A stretch of DNA of 63,973 bases, filler included, from Deltaproteobacteria bacterium (GTDB lineage Bacteria; JAUYMQ01): the NCBI GenBank assembly GCA_030698575.1. It is 8 parts of 8 records of this genome, joined end to end, with 100 filler letters (N's around TTAATTAATTAA, not from the genome) between each part and the next. Parts side by side here need not be neighbours in the genome. Positions count along the whole stretch, not along the records: positions 6,982 to 36,427 come from JAUYMQ010000294.1; 7 more parts are not named here. One strand, given 5' to 3'. Below, one piece after another: positions 11,331 to 21,887 of the stretch (position 1 is the first letter of the stretch; each line of letters starts with the position of its first letter). The notes under the pieces were generated by a model. The model made no database searches. It had not been told where the DNA came from and saw nothing but the letters and a program-made list of their open reading frames with translations. The translations under genes were made by a program, and so were the position numbers.

Positions 11331-11391
11331 CGGGCAGCAGGCCGCTGATTAGAAGAAGAAATGGCAGGGCGTCACGCCGAAGGGAGACAGC

Positions 11392-12225
11392 ATGCAGATC
11401 AAGGGCGAGCTGGCAATCGTGACCGGCGCGTCGAGCGGCATCGGGCTCACCGTTTCGCGCGATCTCGCCGCCGGCGGCGCGCGGGTGGCGATGATCGCCC
11501 GCAACCCGAAGAAGCTCGCGGAAGCGCGGGCGGGCTTCGGCGCTCTCGCGAAAAGGTGCAGTGTTCATTCCTGCGACGTCGGCTCCTGGCGCGCGGTGCA
11601 GGCTGCCTTCAAGAAGATCAGCGCCGCGCACGGGCGGCCTGCGATCCTGGTCAACAACGCCGGCATCTCCGCGGTGACCCCCTTTGCGCAGATGGCGCCC
11701 GCCGAGATGGAGCGCATGGTTCGCACGAACGTGACGGGGCTGCTCTTCTGCACGCGCGCGGCGCTGGTACCCATGCGGGCGGCCCGGCGGGGGGTGATCG
11801 TGAACGTGGGATCCATCGCAGGGCTATTCGCGATCCCGCTAATGTCGGCCTACTCGGCCACCAAGTGGGCCGTGACAGGGCTTTCGGAATCGCTCAACGC
11901 GGAGCTTTCAGGCGAGGGAATTCACGTGGGCGTGGTCTGCCCGGCCATCGTGGAGACGCCGCTCGTCAAGCGCGAGGAGGAGCGGACGGGACTCTCGATT
12001 CCCCACTTGATGACGCTCAAGCCCGAAACCGTGTCGAAGGCCGTGCTGGAGGTCATCCGGAAGGAGCGCGACATCGTCGTGGTGCCGCGCGCGCTGGGCG
12101 CGGTCGCGGCGCTGCGCCCCACGCTCGGACCGCTCGTGCGCTGGGCGGCGCGCGAGTCCACCACGCTGCTGAAGTCCCGCCTGCGCCCGCCGGCGCCCAG
12201 GGCGAAGAAGGGGAAGAAGGGATGA
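11392..12225 (+). CDS. SDR family oxidoreductase
   Basis: TGASSGIG, NNAG, YSATK. Confidence 0.92.
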   Translation: MQIKGELAIVTGASSGIGLTVSRDLAAGGARVAMIARNPKKLAEARAGFGALAKRCSVHSCDVGSWRAVQAAFKKISAAHGRPAILVNNAGISAVTPFAQMAPAEMERMVRTNVTGLLFCTRAALVPMRAARRGVIVNVGSIAGLFAIPLMSAYSATKWAVTGLSESLNAELSGEGIHVGVVCPAIVETPLVKREEERTGLSIPHLMTLKPETVSKAVLEVIRKERDIVVVPRALGAVAALRPTLGPLVRWAARESTTLLKSRLRPPAPRAKKGKKG

Positions 12226-12548
12226 TCCGTGCCGCGGGTGTCGCCGTGCTGCTTCTCTCCGCCGCTCTTCTGGGGACCGGCTGCAAGCACCTGATCCGGG
12301 TTCCCGGGGGGGGAGACCTCCGCATCGGCCAGGAGAGCAAACCGGTCGGCCCCATCATCACCGACGAGACCCGGAGCGGCGCTGCCTGCGGCCCGGGGCT
12401 CGCCGCCTGCCCCGGCGGGACGGCGTGCTTCGCCAAAGAGGGTGAAGCAACCTGCGTTACCGAGGAGGCCGCGTGCAAAGCGGCCGGCTGCGGGAGCCGG
12501 CCCTGCGAGATCGCGGAGAGCTTTCCGATGAAAGCCATCTGCCACTAG
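12222..12548 (+). CDS. Small Cys-rich lipoprotein
   Basis: Lipobox-like LGTGC plus 8 further Cys; ATGA overlap with the SDR gene. Confidence 0.65.
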   Translation: MIRAAGVAVLLLSAALLGTGCKHLIRVPGGGDLRIGQESKPVGPIITDETRSGAACGPGLAACPGGTACFAKEGEATCVTEEAACKAAGCGSRPCEIAESFPMKAICH

Positions 12549-12566
12549 AGAGAGCGAGAAGAAGCC

Positions 12567-13064
12567 ATGGTTGCCAACGACGCGCACCTGCACCTTCTGC
12601 TGAATCACCTTCCCATCATCGGCGCGCTTGTCTCGACGCTGCTGCTCGCCTGCGGCCTGGCGGTGAGGAGCAAGGACCTGACGCGGGCGGCCTTCGCGCT
12701 CACACTGCTCTTCGCGGTCGTCACCTACCCGGCGGCCGGGAGCGGCCGCGAGGCCGAGGACGTCATCGAGAAGATGGCGGGGGTATCCGAGGATCGGATC
12801 GAGGTGCACGAAGAACGGGCGGAGAAGGCGGTGGTCGCGATGTACGCGTCCGGCGCGCTCGCCCTGCTGGGGCTCGCCCTGGGAATGCGCGGCGAAGCGC
12901 CGCGGTGGGCCGCGGTACTCTGTCTCGTCCTGCTGATCGCGACTTCAGGTCTGATGGGATGGACGGGGAAAGCGGGGGGCGAGATCCATCACCCCGAGAC
13001 GCGGCCCGGCTTCGTGGCGCCGGAGGCGTCGGGCAACGGGGACGAGAACGAACATAATCAATGA
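12567..13064 (+). CDS. Membrane protein, DUF2231-like
   Basis: HLHLLLNHLPI, 4 TM helices, HEE, GGEIHH. Confidence 0.65.
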   Translation: MVANDAHLHLLLNHLPIIGALVSTLLLACGLAVRSKDLTRAAFALTLLFAVVTYPAAGSGREAEDVIEKMAGVSEDRIEVHEERAEKAVVAMYASGALALLGLALGMRGEAPRWAAVLCLVLLIATSGLMGWTGKAGGEIHHPETRPGFVAPEASGNGDENEHNQ

Positions 13065-13819
13065 GCGTCCCGATCCTGGGCATCGGCGGCGCGCCCCCCG
13101 CTGGTGAAGGACCAGAGATCCTCGGCCACCAGCTTCACGCAAAGATCGAAGAGCCGCTTTCCCGCTCCGGCGTCGGCCAGCGAGGGGTCGCTCTCCATCC
13201 GTCCGTCGGGAAAGGTTTTTCGGAAGTCTTCGGCCGAGAGCGGCCAGTCGTGCCGCGGATGTTCGATCACGGCGGGCGCGCCGAGGGGCTCCACGGCCCC
13301 CGGGGCGAGGTGCATCGTCACGGAGATCTCGCTCGGCGTCGCGTGTCTGCCGTTCTTTTCCCCGAACAGCTCCTTCTCCAGCTTCCTTACCTCGGCGTTC
13401 TGCCACCAGCTCGTGAGCCGGAAGCGGCACCCTGCCAGCGCGTGGTGCACCTCGCTGAAAGCCGCGTGCAGCGTGGCGATGTTGCCGCCGTGGCCGTTCA
13501 TGAAATAGAAGCCGCGGAAGCCATGGCGGTGGAGGCTTCCGACGACGTCGTGAACCATCGCCATGAGGGTGCTCGGACGGAGGGTGACGGTGCCGGCGAA
13601 GCCCATGTGGTGGGTGGCCATGCCGTAGGGGAGCGGCGGCGCGACGAGGACGCCGGCCGCATCGCCGGCGGCGCGGGCGATGCCGTCCGCGGTCAGAAAA
13701 TCGGTGCCGCACAGCCCGTTGGGCCCGTGCTGCTCGGTGCTGCCTATGGGAATGACCACGGCGTCGGATGACGCCAGGTAGCGTTCGACCTCCGGCCAGG
13801 CGAGATGAGCGAGCTGCAC
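13058..13819 (-). CDS. Creatininase family amidohydrolase
   Basis: GSTEQHG, NGHGGN, HATPSE; GTG start at 13819 after GGAGG. Confidence 0.9.
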   Translation of the reverse strand: MQLAHLAWPEVERYLASSDAVVIPIGSTEQHGPNGLCGTDFLTADGIARAAGDAAGVLVAPPLPYGMATHHMGFAGTVTLRPSTLMAMVHDVVGSLHRHGFRGFYFMNGHGGNIATLHAAFSEVHHALAGCRFRLTSWWQNAEVRKLEKELFGEKNGRHATPSEISVTMHLAPGAVEPLGAPAVIEHPRHDWPLSAEDFRKTFPDGRMESDPSLADAGAGKRLFDLCVKLVAEDLWSFTSGGRAADAQDRDAH

Positions 13820-13847
13820 TGCGAACCTCCCTCGCGCGGGCGGCGGC

Positions 13848-14207
13848 CTAGTTGATCCGAAGGCGTCCCGCGAAACCTTCCTCGTAGCCGTGGAAGTGAT
13901 CAACCTCCTGCTCCGGCCACTTCCAGCAGTAGTACCCCTCGCCGTTGTCGAAATCGACGAGGAACATCCCCTTGACCTCGGCGCCCACGTCCTGAACTTC
14001 CTCGGCCCAGTCGTTGAGGCGCTCGAGATACTCCTGCTCGAGTACGGCGCGGCGCGAGTCCCCCTCATCAAGCGCCCCGAGCGACTGGGCCAGATCCCTC
14101 AGCTCCTCGGCGGCCTGCTCGGTGATCTCACGCACTTTCGGGAGCAGCGCGCGCGCCTCCTCCAGCGTGAACCTTTTCCGCTCGAGTTCGGATTCGCTTG
14201 CCATCAC
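13848..14207 (-). CDS. DUF2203 family protein
   Basis: FTLEEARALLP, LVDF, YCWKWPE, HFHGYEEGFAGR. Confidence 0.8.
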   Translation of the reverse strand: MMASESELERKRFTLEEARALLPKVREITEQAAEELRDLAQSLGALDEGDSRRAVLEQEYLERLNDWAEEVQDVGAEVKGMFLVDFDNGEGYYCWKWPEQEVDHFHGYEEGFAGRLRIN

Positions 14208-14218
14208 CTCTCCCCGGG

Positions 14219-14908
14219 TTATTGCCCGCCGAAGCGCGCTACAACAGTTTCGGCGTCGAAGCCGACGAAACCCTTCACCACCATCTCGGCCTCCGCCAGC
14301 TCCTCGGCCGGGTAGGAGGTGGCCACCGCAAGACAGGGCATGCCCGCGGCATGCGCAGCGGCGATACCGTGCCGCGAGTCCTCGATGACGAGGCAGTCCG
14401 CCGGAAGAACGGGGGGCGACGCGCCGGTAGCAGCGTTGATGCGCGCCAGGGCCGTCACGAAGCTCTCCGGGTCGGGCTTTCCGCGAGAGACGTCCTCGGC
14501 CGTGACGATCGTCGTGAAGCTGGCGGTGAGCATCGCCGCCTCGAGGACCATCTCAACCTCGTGCCGCAGGGCGCCCGAGGCGATAGCGCAGGGGAAGAGC
14601 CGCGCGAGCCCCCGCGCCAGATCCACTGCGCCGGGGACGAGTTCCACGCCGCCCTTCACCTCATCGAGGTAGCAGGCCGCCTTGCGGCTGATGAGATCCC
14701 GGAGCAGCCCGCCGTCAAGCTGGCGCCCGGCGTCGCGGTAAACGGCGGTGAAGCAGCCCCGGTCATCCATGGCGAGGTAGCGAGCGAAGTAGTCTTCCTC
14801 GCTGAGGGTCAGGCCCTCTTCCGACAGAACGCGCTGAAATGCGCGCAGATGAGATCGCTCGCTGTCGGCGATGACGCCGTCGCAATCGAAGATGACGGCA
14901 CGCAGCAC
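14219..14908 (-). CDS. HAD family phosphatase
   Basis: FDCDGVIADS, KPDPE, IEDS. Confidence 0.9.
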   Translation of the reverse strand: MLRAVIFDCDGVIADSERSHLRAFQRVLSEEGLTLSEEDYFARYLAMDDRGCFTAVYRDAGRQLDGGLLRDLISRKAACYLDEVKGGVELVPGAVDLARGLARLFPCAIASGALRHEVEMVLEAAMLTASFTTIVTAEDVSRGKPDPESFVTALARINAATGASPPVLPADCLVIEDSRHGIAAAHAAGMPCLAVATSYPAEELAEAEMVVKGFVGFDAETVVARFGGQ

Positions 14909-14914
14909 GGCGTC

Positions 14915-15400
14915 TCACATCTCCCCGTTGGTGAGCACGATTTCGTCGATGCGATTCAGGAAGCTCTTCACGCGACGTGCGTTCGCACCGAAGTCACCCT
15001 TGCCCACACGCGACCGGCTCTCCATGTCGAGGAGCGTTCCGCCGCCCGGCGCGGGGTGGATCCGGATGACCACGTCGTCGACGAACTTGAAGATGCGCGA
15101 CCGGGCTTCGACCTTGAGAATCCCTTCGTCCAGATTCGTATCGACGATCTTCCAGCCCCGGCGTTTCTCGGCCAGCGTCTTTGCGTAATCGAAGATTTTC
15201 TTCGGGCCGCCCGCATAGAGGCGCGTGCGGAGACCCGGGTTGCCTGCGTCCGGCGTGGTGCAAACCCGGTTGCGAAAAAGCCCATTCACGATGTTCGTCG
15301 ACATGCCCGGCTCCTCCTGGGCCAGCGCCTCGGCCCCGGGAGCCGCCGCGCAGAGCAGCCAGAGGGCTCCCGCAGCGGCGAAGATTCTCTTTCGTTTCAT
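14915..15400 (-). CDS. DUF1499 domain exported protein
   Basis: Signal peptide; FKFVDDVVIRI, SRSRVGKGDFGANARRV. Confidence 0.8.
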   Translation of the reverse strand: MKRKRIFAAAGALWLLCAAAPGAEALAQEEPGMSTNIVNGLFRNRVCTTPDAGNPGLRTRLYAGGPKKIFDYAKTLAEKRRGWKIVDTNLDEGILKVEARSRIFKFVDDVVIRIHPAPGGGTLLDMESRSRVGKGDFGANARRVKSFLNRIDEIVLTNGEM

Positions 15401-16263
15401 CACGCAGCCCCCTCGACGCGCGCGGGCTGTCCGGTGCCCACCGCGTCGCCCAGAAAGTCCAGGGCCTCCCTGAAGGCGTCGGCCGGCAATCTGGAATGCG
15501 GCGCGTCGTACCAGATGATCCGCTTGGGCTCCTTCGCCGCGGCGAAGAGATCTTCCGCGCATTTCCGCGGAATTCGCTCGTCGCGCTCGGCGTTGATCAT
15601 GAGAAGCGGCCGCGGCGAGATGAGCCCCACGTGGTGAACCGGATCGATGATCTCGGAGATGGCTTCAACCCGCCGCCGCGCCTCGTCGTGCGGCGCGGGC
15701 GGGTAAAGCTGCAGGAAGTTCCCACCCCCCACGAACAGGACGGCCGCCAGCACCCGGGGATCGCGGGCGCAGAAAACCGAACCAAGGATGGCGCCCTGGC
15801 TGAAGCCCGCGAATCCCACGCGGCCGCCGTCGAGTTCGCCGCGGGACCGCACGTAGTCGACCGCCCGCATGCAATCGAGCGCTGTCTGGATGCTCGCGTT
15901 GCGGTTCGTGTAGCTGGTGAAGTTGTGGACGCTGAGGCTCCGGTCTTCACGGGCGCGATCGCCATGGTACTGCGAGTCGAGGGAGATGGTCGCCACGCCC
16001 CGTTCGATGAGCATCCGGGAGATCGACCGAAGGTAGGGCGCGTCTTTGTGATGGGTGACGCCGTGCAGCAGGACGACGACCGGCGCAGCCTCCACGCCCA
16101 TGGGCATGGTCAGGATGGCGGGCACCCGGTGTTCGTGCATCGCGGTGAACTCGACGCGAAGGCGCACGCGCAGATCATCCTCGAGAAGGACCTGCTCCGT
16201 TGCGTCGAGCGGGAGCTTGGGATCGTGCCTGTAGAATTCGGCTCGCCAGTCCATGGGGGGCAT
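15400..16263 (-). CDS. Alpha/beta hydrolase
   Basis: VVLLHG, GFSQG nucleophile elbow, D and H triad candidates. Confidence 0.82.
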   Translation of the reverse strand: MPPMDWRAEFYRHDPKLPLDATEQVLLEDDLRVRLRVEFTAMHEHRVPAILTMPMGVEAAPVVVLLHGVTHHKDAPYLRSISRMLIERGVATISLDSQYHGDRAREDRSLSVHNFTSYTNRNASIQTALDCMRAVDYVRSRGELDGGRVGFAGFSQGAILGSVFCARDPRVLAAVLFVGGGNFLQLYPPAPHDEARRRVEAISEIIDPVHHVGLISPRPLLMINAERDERIPRKCAEDLFAAAKEPKRIIWYDAPHSRLPADAFREALDFLGDAVGTGQPARVEGAA

Positions 16264-16435
16264 TCCCAGCGAGAGTTCACTCGAAGGCCAGGGTGATCGG
16301 CCGCCCGCGCAAAAGCAGGCGGCGTCGGCGCAGGGGCAGACCATAGCACGCCCGCACAGCCCACGCACACCCGAGCCCGCAGACGCAACCCGCTGCGACC
16401 AGAGGGGAATCCCGGTCTTCAGGTACGAATGGCGT

Positions 16436-17368
16436 TCAGCGGGAATCGACGACGGTGAGCGGGATGGACGGAGGCGCGACGCCGGAGCGGCCGGGAACCT
16501 GCGAGACCTGCTGGTCGGCGTGATAACTCGAGCGCACGAGCGGGCCGCTCTCGACGTGGCTGTATCCCATGGCCAGGCCCTCGCGCGCGAGTGATGCAAA
16601 CTCCTCGGGCGTCCAGAACCGCCGCACTGGGAGGTGCTCCTTCGAGGGCTGCAGGTACTGCCCGACGGTCAGGATGTCGACGGCTGACGCGCGGATGTCG
16701 CGCATCGTCTGGAGCACCTCACCCTGCGACTCGCCGTGCCCCACCATGATGCCGGACTTGCTGAGGATGCCCGGAGCGTACGCCTTGGCGCGCGCGAGAA
16801 GCCGGAGCGATCGCTCGTATTTCGCGCCGCGGCGCACCAGGTGGTAAAGGGAAGGCACAGTCTCGACGTTGTGATTCAGGATGTCGGGGCGCGCGTCGAG
16901 GACGCGTTCGAGCGCGCGGTCATCCCCCATGAAATCGGGGATCAGCACCTCGACGCCGCATCCCGGATGGACTTCCCTCAGGATGCGAATCACCTCGTGG
17001 AAGTGATGAGCGCCACCGTCGGGCAGGTCGTCGCGATTCACGCTGGTGATCACGGCGTGCCTCAGCCCGAGCTTTCTTATCGATTCGGCCACTCGCCGCG
17101 GCTCGTCGGGATCGAGGAGGCGGGGCTTGCCCGTGGCGATGCCGCAGAAGCCGCACGCTCGCGTGCAGACGTCGCCCATGAGCAGGAAGGTGGCCGTTCG
17201 CCGCTCCCAGCAGTCGAAGATGTTCGGGCAACGGGCCTCCTCGCAGACGCTGTGCAGACCCTCTGCGCGCATGAGGCGCTTGAGATCGTGGTACTCGTCG
17301 GAGAAGCGCCCCTGCACCTTGATCCAGGGAGGGAACCGCCTGGTTTCGGACTTCGCGAGCATGACCAT
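16436..17368 (-). CDS. lipA: Lipoyl synthase
   Basis: [26 protein letters not shown]. Confidence 0.97.
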   Translation of the reverse strand: MVMLAKSETRRFPPWIKVQGRFSDEYHDLKRLMRAEGLHSVCEEARCPNIFDCWERRTATFLLMGDVCTRACGFCGIATGKPRLLDPDEPRRVAESIRKLGLRHAVITSVNRDDLPDGGAHHFHEVIRILREVHPGCGVEVLIPDFMGDDRALERVLDARPDILNHNVETVPSLYHLVRRGAKYERSLRLLARAKAYAPGILSKSGIMVGHGESQGEVLQTMRDIRASAVDILTVGQYLQPSKEHLPVRRFWTPEEFASLAREGLAMGYSHVESGPLVRSSYHADQQVSQVPGRSGVAPPSIPLTVVDSR

Positions 17369-17467
17369 CCTCCGACTTGCCTGGCGGCAGCGGGGCGCCG
17401 TCCGGTAGCGCGGTCAGCGCTTCGAAAAGTAAGGATAGAAGATGACCGCGGGGCTGCCAAGAGGCCG

Positions 17468-18340
17468 CTAGCGCACCCCGCGGGCCGCGATCGCCGCGCG
17501 CCCGCGCTCGGGGTAGTCGGTCACGAAGCCGTCGACGCCGAGGGCAAGCAGGCGCGCCATGTCGGATAGTTCGTTGACGGTCCAGACGTGCACCTCGACG
17601 CCGCAGGCGTGGGCGCCCTTCACGAACGCTTCGGTCACAACTTCGACCTCGTTCCAGCGCTCCGGCACCTGCAGCGCAACGCCGGGCGCGCGGTAGTCGG
17701 CGAGCGTCCCGGTCGTGAGCGCCTCCATGAACGCCAGCGCGTCGCCCGTCGAATAGCCCGTCGCGCCCCGCCATCCCGACTGCCGGATAGCCTGCATCAC
17801 CTCCGGCTTTTCGGCCGCGAGATTGACCGTCTCCTCGCACCCCTTTTCCTTCAGGAGCCGCACGACGAGATCGACGATCGATGGCTCGGCCTGCTTGACC
17901 TCGATGTTGAGCGGTGTGCCGGGAAACGTTTCGACGACCTCGAGCAGTGACGGCATACGGATGCCCTGGCCGCGAAAGGGAAAGTGCTCGCCGTCGGGCG
18001 ACCAGTGATAGCCTGCGTCAAGCTTGGCGATCTCGGAGTGCATGAGGCGGCGTACGGCGCCAGCGCCGTTCGTGGTGCGATCGACGGTATCGTCGTGACA
18101 GACGACGACGGTTCCGTCGCGCGTCGCGTGAACGTCCATTTCGAGAATGTCGGCGCCGAGCTCCAGCGCCTTCCGGAACGAAGGGAGGGTGTTCTCGGGC
18201 GCATGGCCCTTGGCCCCCCGGTGCCCGAGAATGCGCGGCCGGGGGCCGTCGAGGAAGCGGGGCCTGGGGCTGTTCACGAACGTAACTCCGTCGGGTGTGA
18301 GGTCCGGGCCAGCATACTCCAGGGCGCCAGAGTTGACCAT
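17468..18340 (-). CDS. Glycerophosphodiester phosphodiesterase
   Basis: GHRG, PENT, EMD, HD, VWTVN, TDYP; start uncertain. Confidence 0.9.
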   Translation of the reverse strand: MVNSGALEYAGPDLTPDGVTFVNSPRPRFLDGPRPRILGHRGAKGHAPENTLPSFRKALELGADILEMDVHATRDGTVVVCHDDTVDRTTNGAGAVRRLMHSEIAKLDAGYHWSPDGEHFPFRGQGIRMPSLLEVVETFPGTPLNIEVKQAEPSIVDLVVRLLKEKGCEETVNLAAEKPEVMQAIRQSGWRGATGYSTGDALAFMEALTTGTLADYRAPGVALQVPERWNEVEVVTEAFVKGAHACGVEVHVWTVNELSDMARLLALGVDGFVTDYPERGRAAIAARGVR

Positions 18341-18386
18341 GCGAGGCGCGGGGCGTTAAGCTGCGCCAAACCAAAAGGGGACCTCC

Positions 18387-19334
18387 ATGCGATACGTCCG
18401 GAAGATTGCTCTTGCGCTCGCCCTCGCCGTCGCGGCCGCCGCGCCCTTGACCCTCCCCGCATCCGCGCAGGAGACGCGGGAGTGGCGCCAGCCGAACGCC
18501 GATCTCTCGCTTACCATTCTCGACACCGGGCGCATCGCCATGCCCGACAGCTACGGCTACAAAGGAGGCCCCGATACGAAGCAGGACTGGCCGATCCTCG
18601 CTTTTCTGGTGCAGCACCCGAACGGGACTGTCCTGATCGACGCCGGGTGTAACCCGGCCTTCGCGACTGGAAAAGCGAAGGAATACGTTGGTTTCATCTA
18701 TCCCCTCGCGAAACTGATCTTCGATCTTCCGCAGATGACGCCTGGGCAGGACGTCGGCTCGCAGCTCGGCGCGCTCGGGATCGATCCCGCCTCGATCAAC
18801 GCGGTGATCGCCACGCACGGCCACATCGATCACATCGGCGGCGTGGCGTCGCTGCCGGCCTCGGTGCCGGTATACATGGGGGAGGGCGAAGTTCCGGAGT
18901 TCAGCCGGTGGAACGCGGATCTGAACGGGTTCCACAAGCTGGACATCGAGACCGGAAACGACTTCCGGACGGTGCCCTGGGAGGCCGAGGGACTCTTCGG
19001 CTTCGGGCGCACCTGGGACTACTTCGGCGACGGCTCGATGGTGCTCATCGAGGCGCCGGGACACACGCCGGGCTCACTCATGGTACTCCTGAACCTCGAG
19101 AGCCAGCCCATCCTGCTCACCGGTGACGCCGTCTATTTCAAGCAGAACTACGAGATCCCGGCGCCCAAGGGGAATCTCTTCCTCCACAAGGCCGACTCGG
19201 ACTCCACCAAAGCGATGCAGGTAATCGAACGCGTTCGCGCCATCAGCCAGGAGCATCCCGACGTCCTCTTGCTCCTGAGCCACGACGTCGCCCAGTTCCC
19301 CTCTCTCAAGATCGCGCCGGAAGTCTACCGGTAG
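18387..19334 (+). CDS. Secreted MBL-fold hydrolase (AHL-lactonase-like)
   Basis: Signal peptide; THGHIDH, GHTPGS, GDA, SHD. Confidence 0.85.
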   Translation: MRYVRKIALALALAVAAAAPLTLPASAQETREWRQPNADLSLTILDTGRIAMPDSYGYKGGPDTKQDWPILAFLVQHPNGTVLIDAGCNPAFATGKAKEYVGFIYPLAKLIFDLPQMTPGQDVGSQLGALGIDPASINAVIATHGHIDHIGGVASLPASVPVYMGEGEVPEFSRWNADLNGFHKLDIETGNDFRTVPWEAEGLFGFGRTWDYFGDGSMVLIEAPGHTPGSLMVLLNLESQPILLTGDAVYFKQNYEIPAPKGNLFLHKADSDSTKAMQVIERVRAISQEHPDVLLLLSHDVAQFPSLKIAPEVYR

Positions 19335-19406
19335 AGCGGCCCGGACAACCCGTTGCCGACAACGCGAGTCTCGAGCGGACCGATTGCGCATCGTAGCGGG
19401 AGATGA

Positions 19407-20063
19407 ATGAGAACGCTGTCCCATGCCGAGGCCAGGAAGATCTACGATCGCATCGGGGCGATGCAGGACACGCAGGCGTTCTACGAGGATCGGGCCACCA
19501 GCGAACTGGTGCGCCTGGCGGAAATCGAAAAGGCGACGCGCGTCTTCGAATTCGGATGCGGCACGGGCCGGTTCGCCGCGCGCCTGCTCTCGCGGCATCT
19601 CCCCCCCTCGGCGACCTACAAGGGGGTCGATCTGAGCCCGACCATGATCAATCTGGCGAGCAAGAAGCTCGCCTCCTTCGCACCCCGTGGCGAGGTCGTG
19701 CTCAGCGAGGGTGATCTTCCCGCGGGCGAACCGGCCGGGTCATACGATCGTTTTCTCTCCAACTTCGTGTTCGATCTGCTTTCCGAGGGAGAAATCAGGA
19801 GAGTCATCGACGAGGCGCATCGGATGCTCAGGCCCGGCGGCCTCCTGTGCCTTTCGAGCCTGTCGACCGGCGCAACGCCGTTCTCACGCGCCGTTGCCCG
19901 CCTCTGGACCCGGGTCCACGGCTGGCGCCCCGCGCTGCTCGGGGGCTGCCGGCCCATTGCGCTTGCCGGCTTCTTGCAGGAAGATCGCTGGCGGCTGCGT
20001 GAGCGAGTGCAGCTGGCGCCCTTCGGCCTTCCGTCGGAAGTGATCATCGGGGAACGCTGTTGA
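19407..20063 (+). CDS. Class I SAM-dependent methyltransferase
   Basis: EFGCGTG, GVDLS, LRPGG. Confidence 0.88.
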   Translation: MRTLSHAEARKIYDRIGAMQDTQAFYEDRATSELVRLAEIEKATRVFEFGCGTGRFAARLLSRHLPPSATYKGVDLSPTMINLASKKLASFAPRGEVVLSEGDLPAGEPAGSYDRFLSNFVFDLLSEGEIRRVIDEAHRMLRPGGLLCLSSLSTGATPFSRAVARLWTRVHGWRPALLGGCRPIALAGFLQEDRWRLRERVQLAPFGLPSEVIIGERC

Positions 20064-20165
20064 CCCTCAGCATGCAAAAACGCGGCCGAAGGCCTGCCAC
20101 GATTCCACGGTTATGCACCAGAATCGAGCCACTGCACTCACCTCTATCGCCGGAGCAGCAGTAAC

Positions 20166-20519
20166 ATGCAGTTCACCCAAATCATTTCTGTGGCCGGATA
20201 CGCCATCGAGGCGGCTGGCGTGGTCGCCGTCGTCATCGGGTCGTGCGTCTCCTCGGTCGCGTTCGTTCGCACGTTTCGACAACTGCCGGAAGGCGTCGCC
20301 TACAAGACCTACCGTCGAAAGCTGGGACGATCCATCATTCTCGGCCTCGAGTTCTTGATTGCTGGTGATATCATACGAACCGTTGTCGTTGCCGACACAT
20401 TGGAGAACGTTGCCGTGCTCGGCTTGATCATCCTGATTCGCACTTTCCTGAGCGTGACACTCCATCTTGAAGTCGAAGGACGATGGCCCTGGCAGACAGA
20501 GACGCGCGGCACAGTGTAG
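20166..20519 (+). CDS. DUF1622 membrane protein
   Basis: LGRSIILGLEFLIAGDIIRT, IRTFLS, EGRWPW. Confidence 0.85.
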   Translation: MQFTQIISVAGYAIEAAGVVAVVIGSCVSSVAFVRTFRQLPEGVAYKTYRRKLGRSIILGLEFLIAGDIIRTVVVADTLENVAVLGLIILIRTFLSVTLHLEVEGRWPWQTETRGTV

Positions 20520-20630
20520 GGTCACGCCTCGCCCCTGCACGCGCGTTCCATCGGGCTGAAACCAAGCCGCGCGCGATGGGGGAGGCCAATCAGCCGGCCC
20601 TTTCTCGCCGCCTCATCGAACGAGATCTTC

Positions 20631-21041
20631 ATGCCTGCATCCTCCGAACAACCGCCCAAGAGGCCTGTGAAGGGCGCCGCGAGAAAGACCGCCAAGTCTG
20701 ATCCGCCGGCGGAGAAACCATTTCTTCGCTTCTACCACTCAGAGGTCCTCCGCGTGAGAACGCTGGCGGTCCTCGCGCGTATCGAGGAAGGCCAGGACAG
20801 CAGACAACACCGCGACGCCCTGTCCGAAGTCATCATGGAACTGAACGTCGCCGGCATGGAGTACTACTACCTGCGGCCGCTCGGTCTCGCAAATGTGAGC
20901 TCGCGCCTCGAGAGATCGGCGCGCTTCGGAATAGGAGGCGTCGTTCTGGTCATGACGCCCGTCATCCGAACCGTGATCAAGCGGATGAAAAGAGACGAGC
21001 TGCTTTCGGTTTGCCGTCACATGCGGGAGATCATGGAATGA
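20631..21041 (+). CDS. Hypothetical protein
   Basis: Plausible ORF with an ATGA overlap to the next gene. Confidence 0.6.
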   Translation: MPASSEQPPKRPVKGAARKTAKSDPPAEKPFLRFYHSEVLRVRTLAVLARIEEGQDSRQHRDALSEVIMELNVAGMEYYYLRPLGLANVSSRLERSARFGIGGVVLVMTPVIRTVIKRMKRDELLSVCRHMREIME

Positions 21042-21871
21042 CACGCTCGCTTCCGCATCAGGAAGAAAAGGCGCGCGCGTTCCGCGCACTGCACGAGCGT
21101 GACGGCGCATTCATCATCCCGAACCCCTGGGATGCCGGCACGGCGCTGCTCCTTGCGCGGCTCGGATTCGAGGCGCTGGCGACGACCAGCGCCGGGTACG
21201 CCTTTTCCATCGGACAGAAGGACAACACCGTCGGGCGCGATCGCATGCTGGATCATGCCGCGCAGATCGTGGCTGCGACCGATCTGCCGGTGAGCGCCGA
21301 TCTGGAAAACGGCTTCGGCGACGCCCCGGAAACGGCCGCGGAGACCATTCGCATGGCCGCGGCGGCGGGACTCGTCGGCGGCTCGATTGAAGATTCGACG
21401 GGGAGGGCGGATGATCCGATCTACGAACGGGCGCTGGCCGCCGAGCGTGTGCGCGCCGCGGCCGAGGCCGCCCGTTCGCTCCCCTTCCCCTTCACGCTTA
21501 CCGGCCGCGCCGAGAACTTCATCACGGGCCGGCCCGATCTCGCCGACACCATCGCCCGCCTGCAGGCATACCAAGAGGCCGGAGCGGATGTTCTCTACGC
21601 ACCGGGCCTCACGCGTGAAGCCGACATCGCCGAGGTCGTGCGCTCGGTGGATCGGCCCGTGAACGTCGTGATGGGGCTCAGCGGGGTCCGCCTGAGCCTC
21701 GCGGCGCTCGCGAAGCTCGGCGTGAAGCGCGTCAGCGTAGGCAGCGCGCTCTCGCGCGCGGCGCTGGGCGCCTTTCTTCGGGCCGCGCGCGAAATGCGAG
21801 ATCAGGGTACCTTCGGTTTCGCCGACGAAGCGGTGAGCTATCCCGAGATCAGCAAGCTGTTCGAACCCTGA
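21038..21871 (+). CDS. Isocitrate lyase/PEP mutase family protein
   Basis: PNPWDAG, ATTSAG, ADLENGFG, IEDS, AGADVLY. Confidence 0.9.
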   Translation: MTRSLPHQEEKARAFRALHERDGAFIIPNPWDAGTALLLARLGFEALATTSAGYAFSIGQKDNTVGRDRMLDHAAQIVAATDLPVSADLENGFGDAPETAAETIRMAAAAGLVGGSIEDSTGRADDPIYERALAAERVRAAAEAARSLPFPFTLTGRAENFITGRPDLADTIARLQAYQEAGADVLYAPGLTREADIAEVVRSVDRPVNVVMGLSGVRLSLAALAKLGVKRVSVGSALSRAALGAFLRAAREMRDQGTFGFADEAVSYPEISKLFEP

Positions 21872-21887
21872 TCCATCGGGCCGCGCA

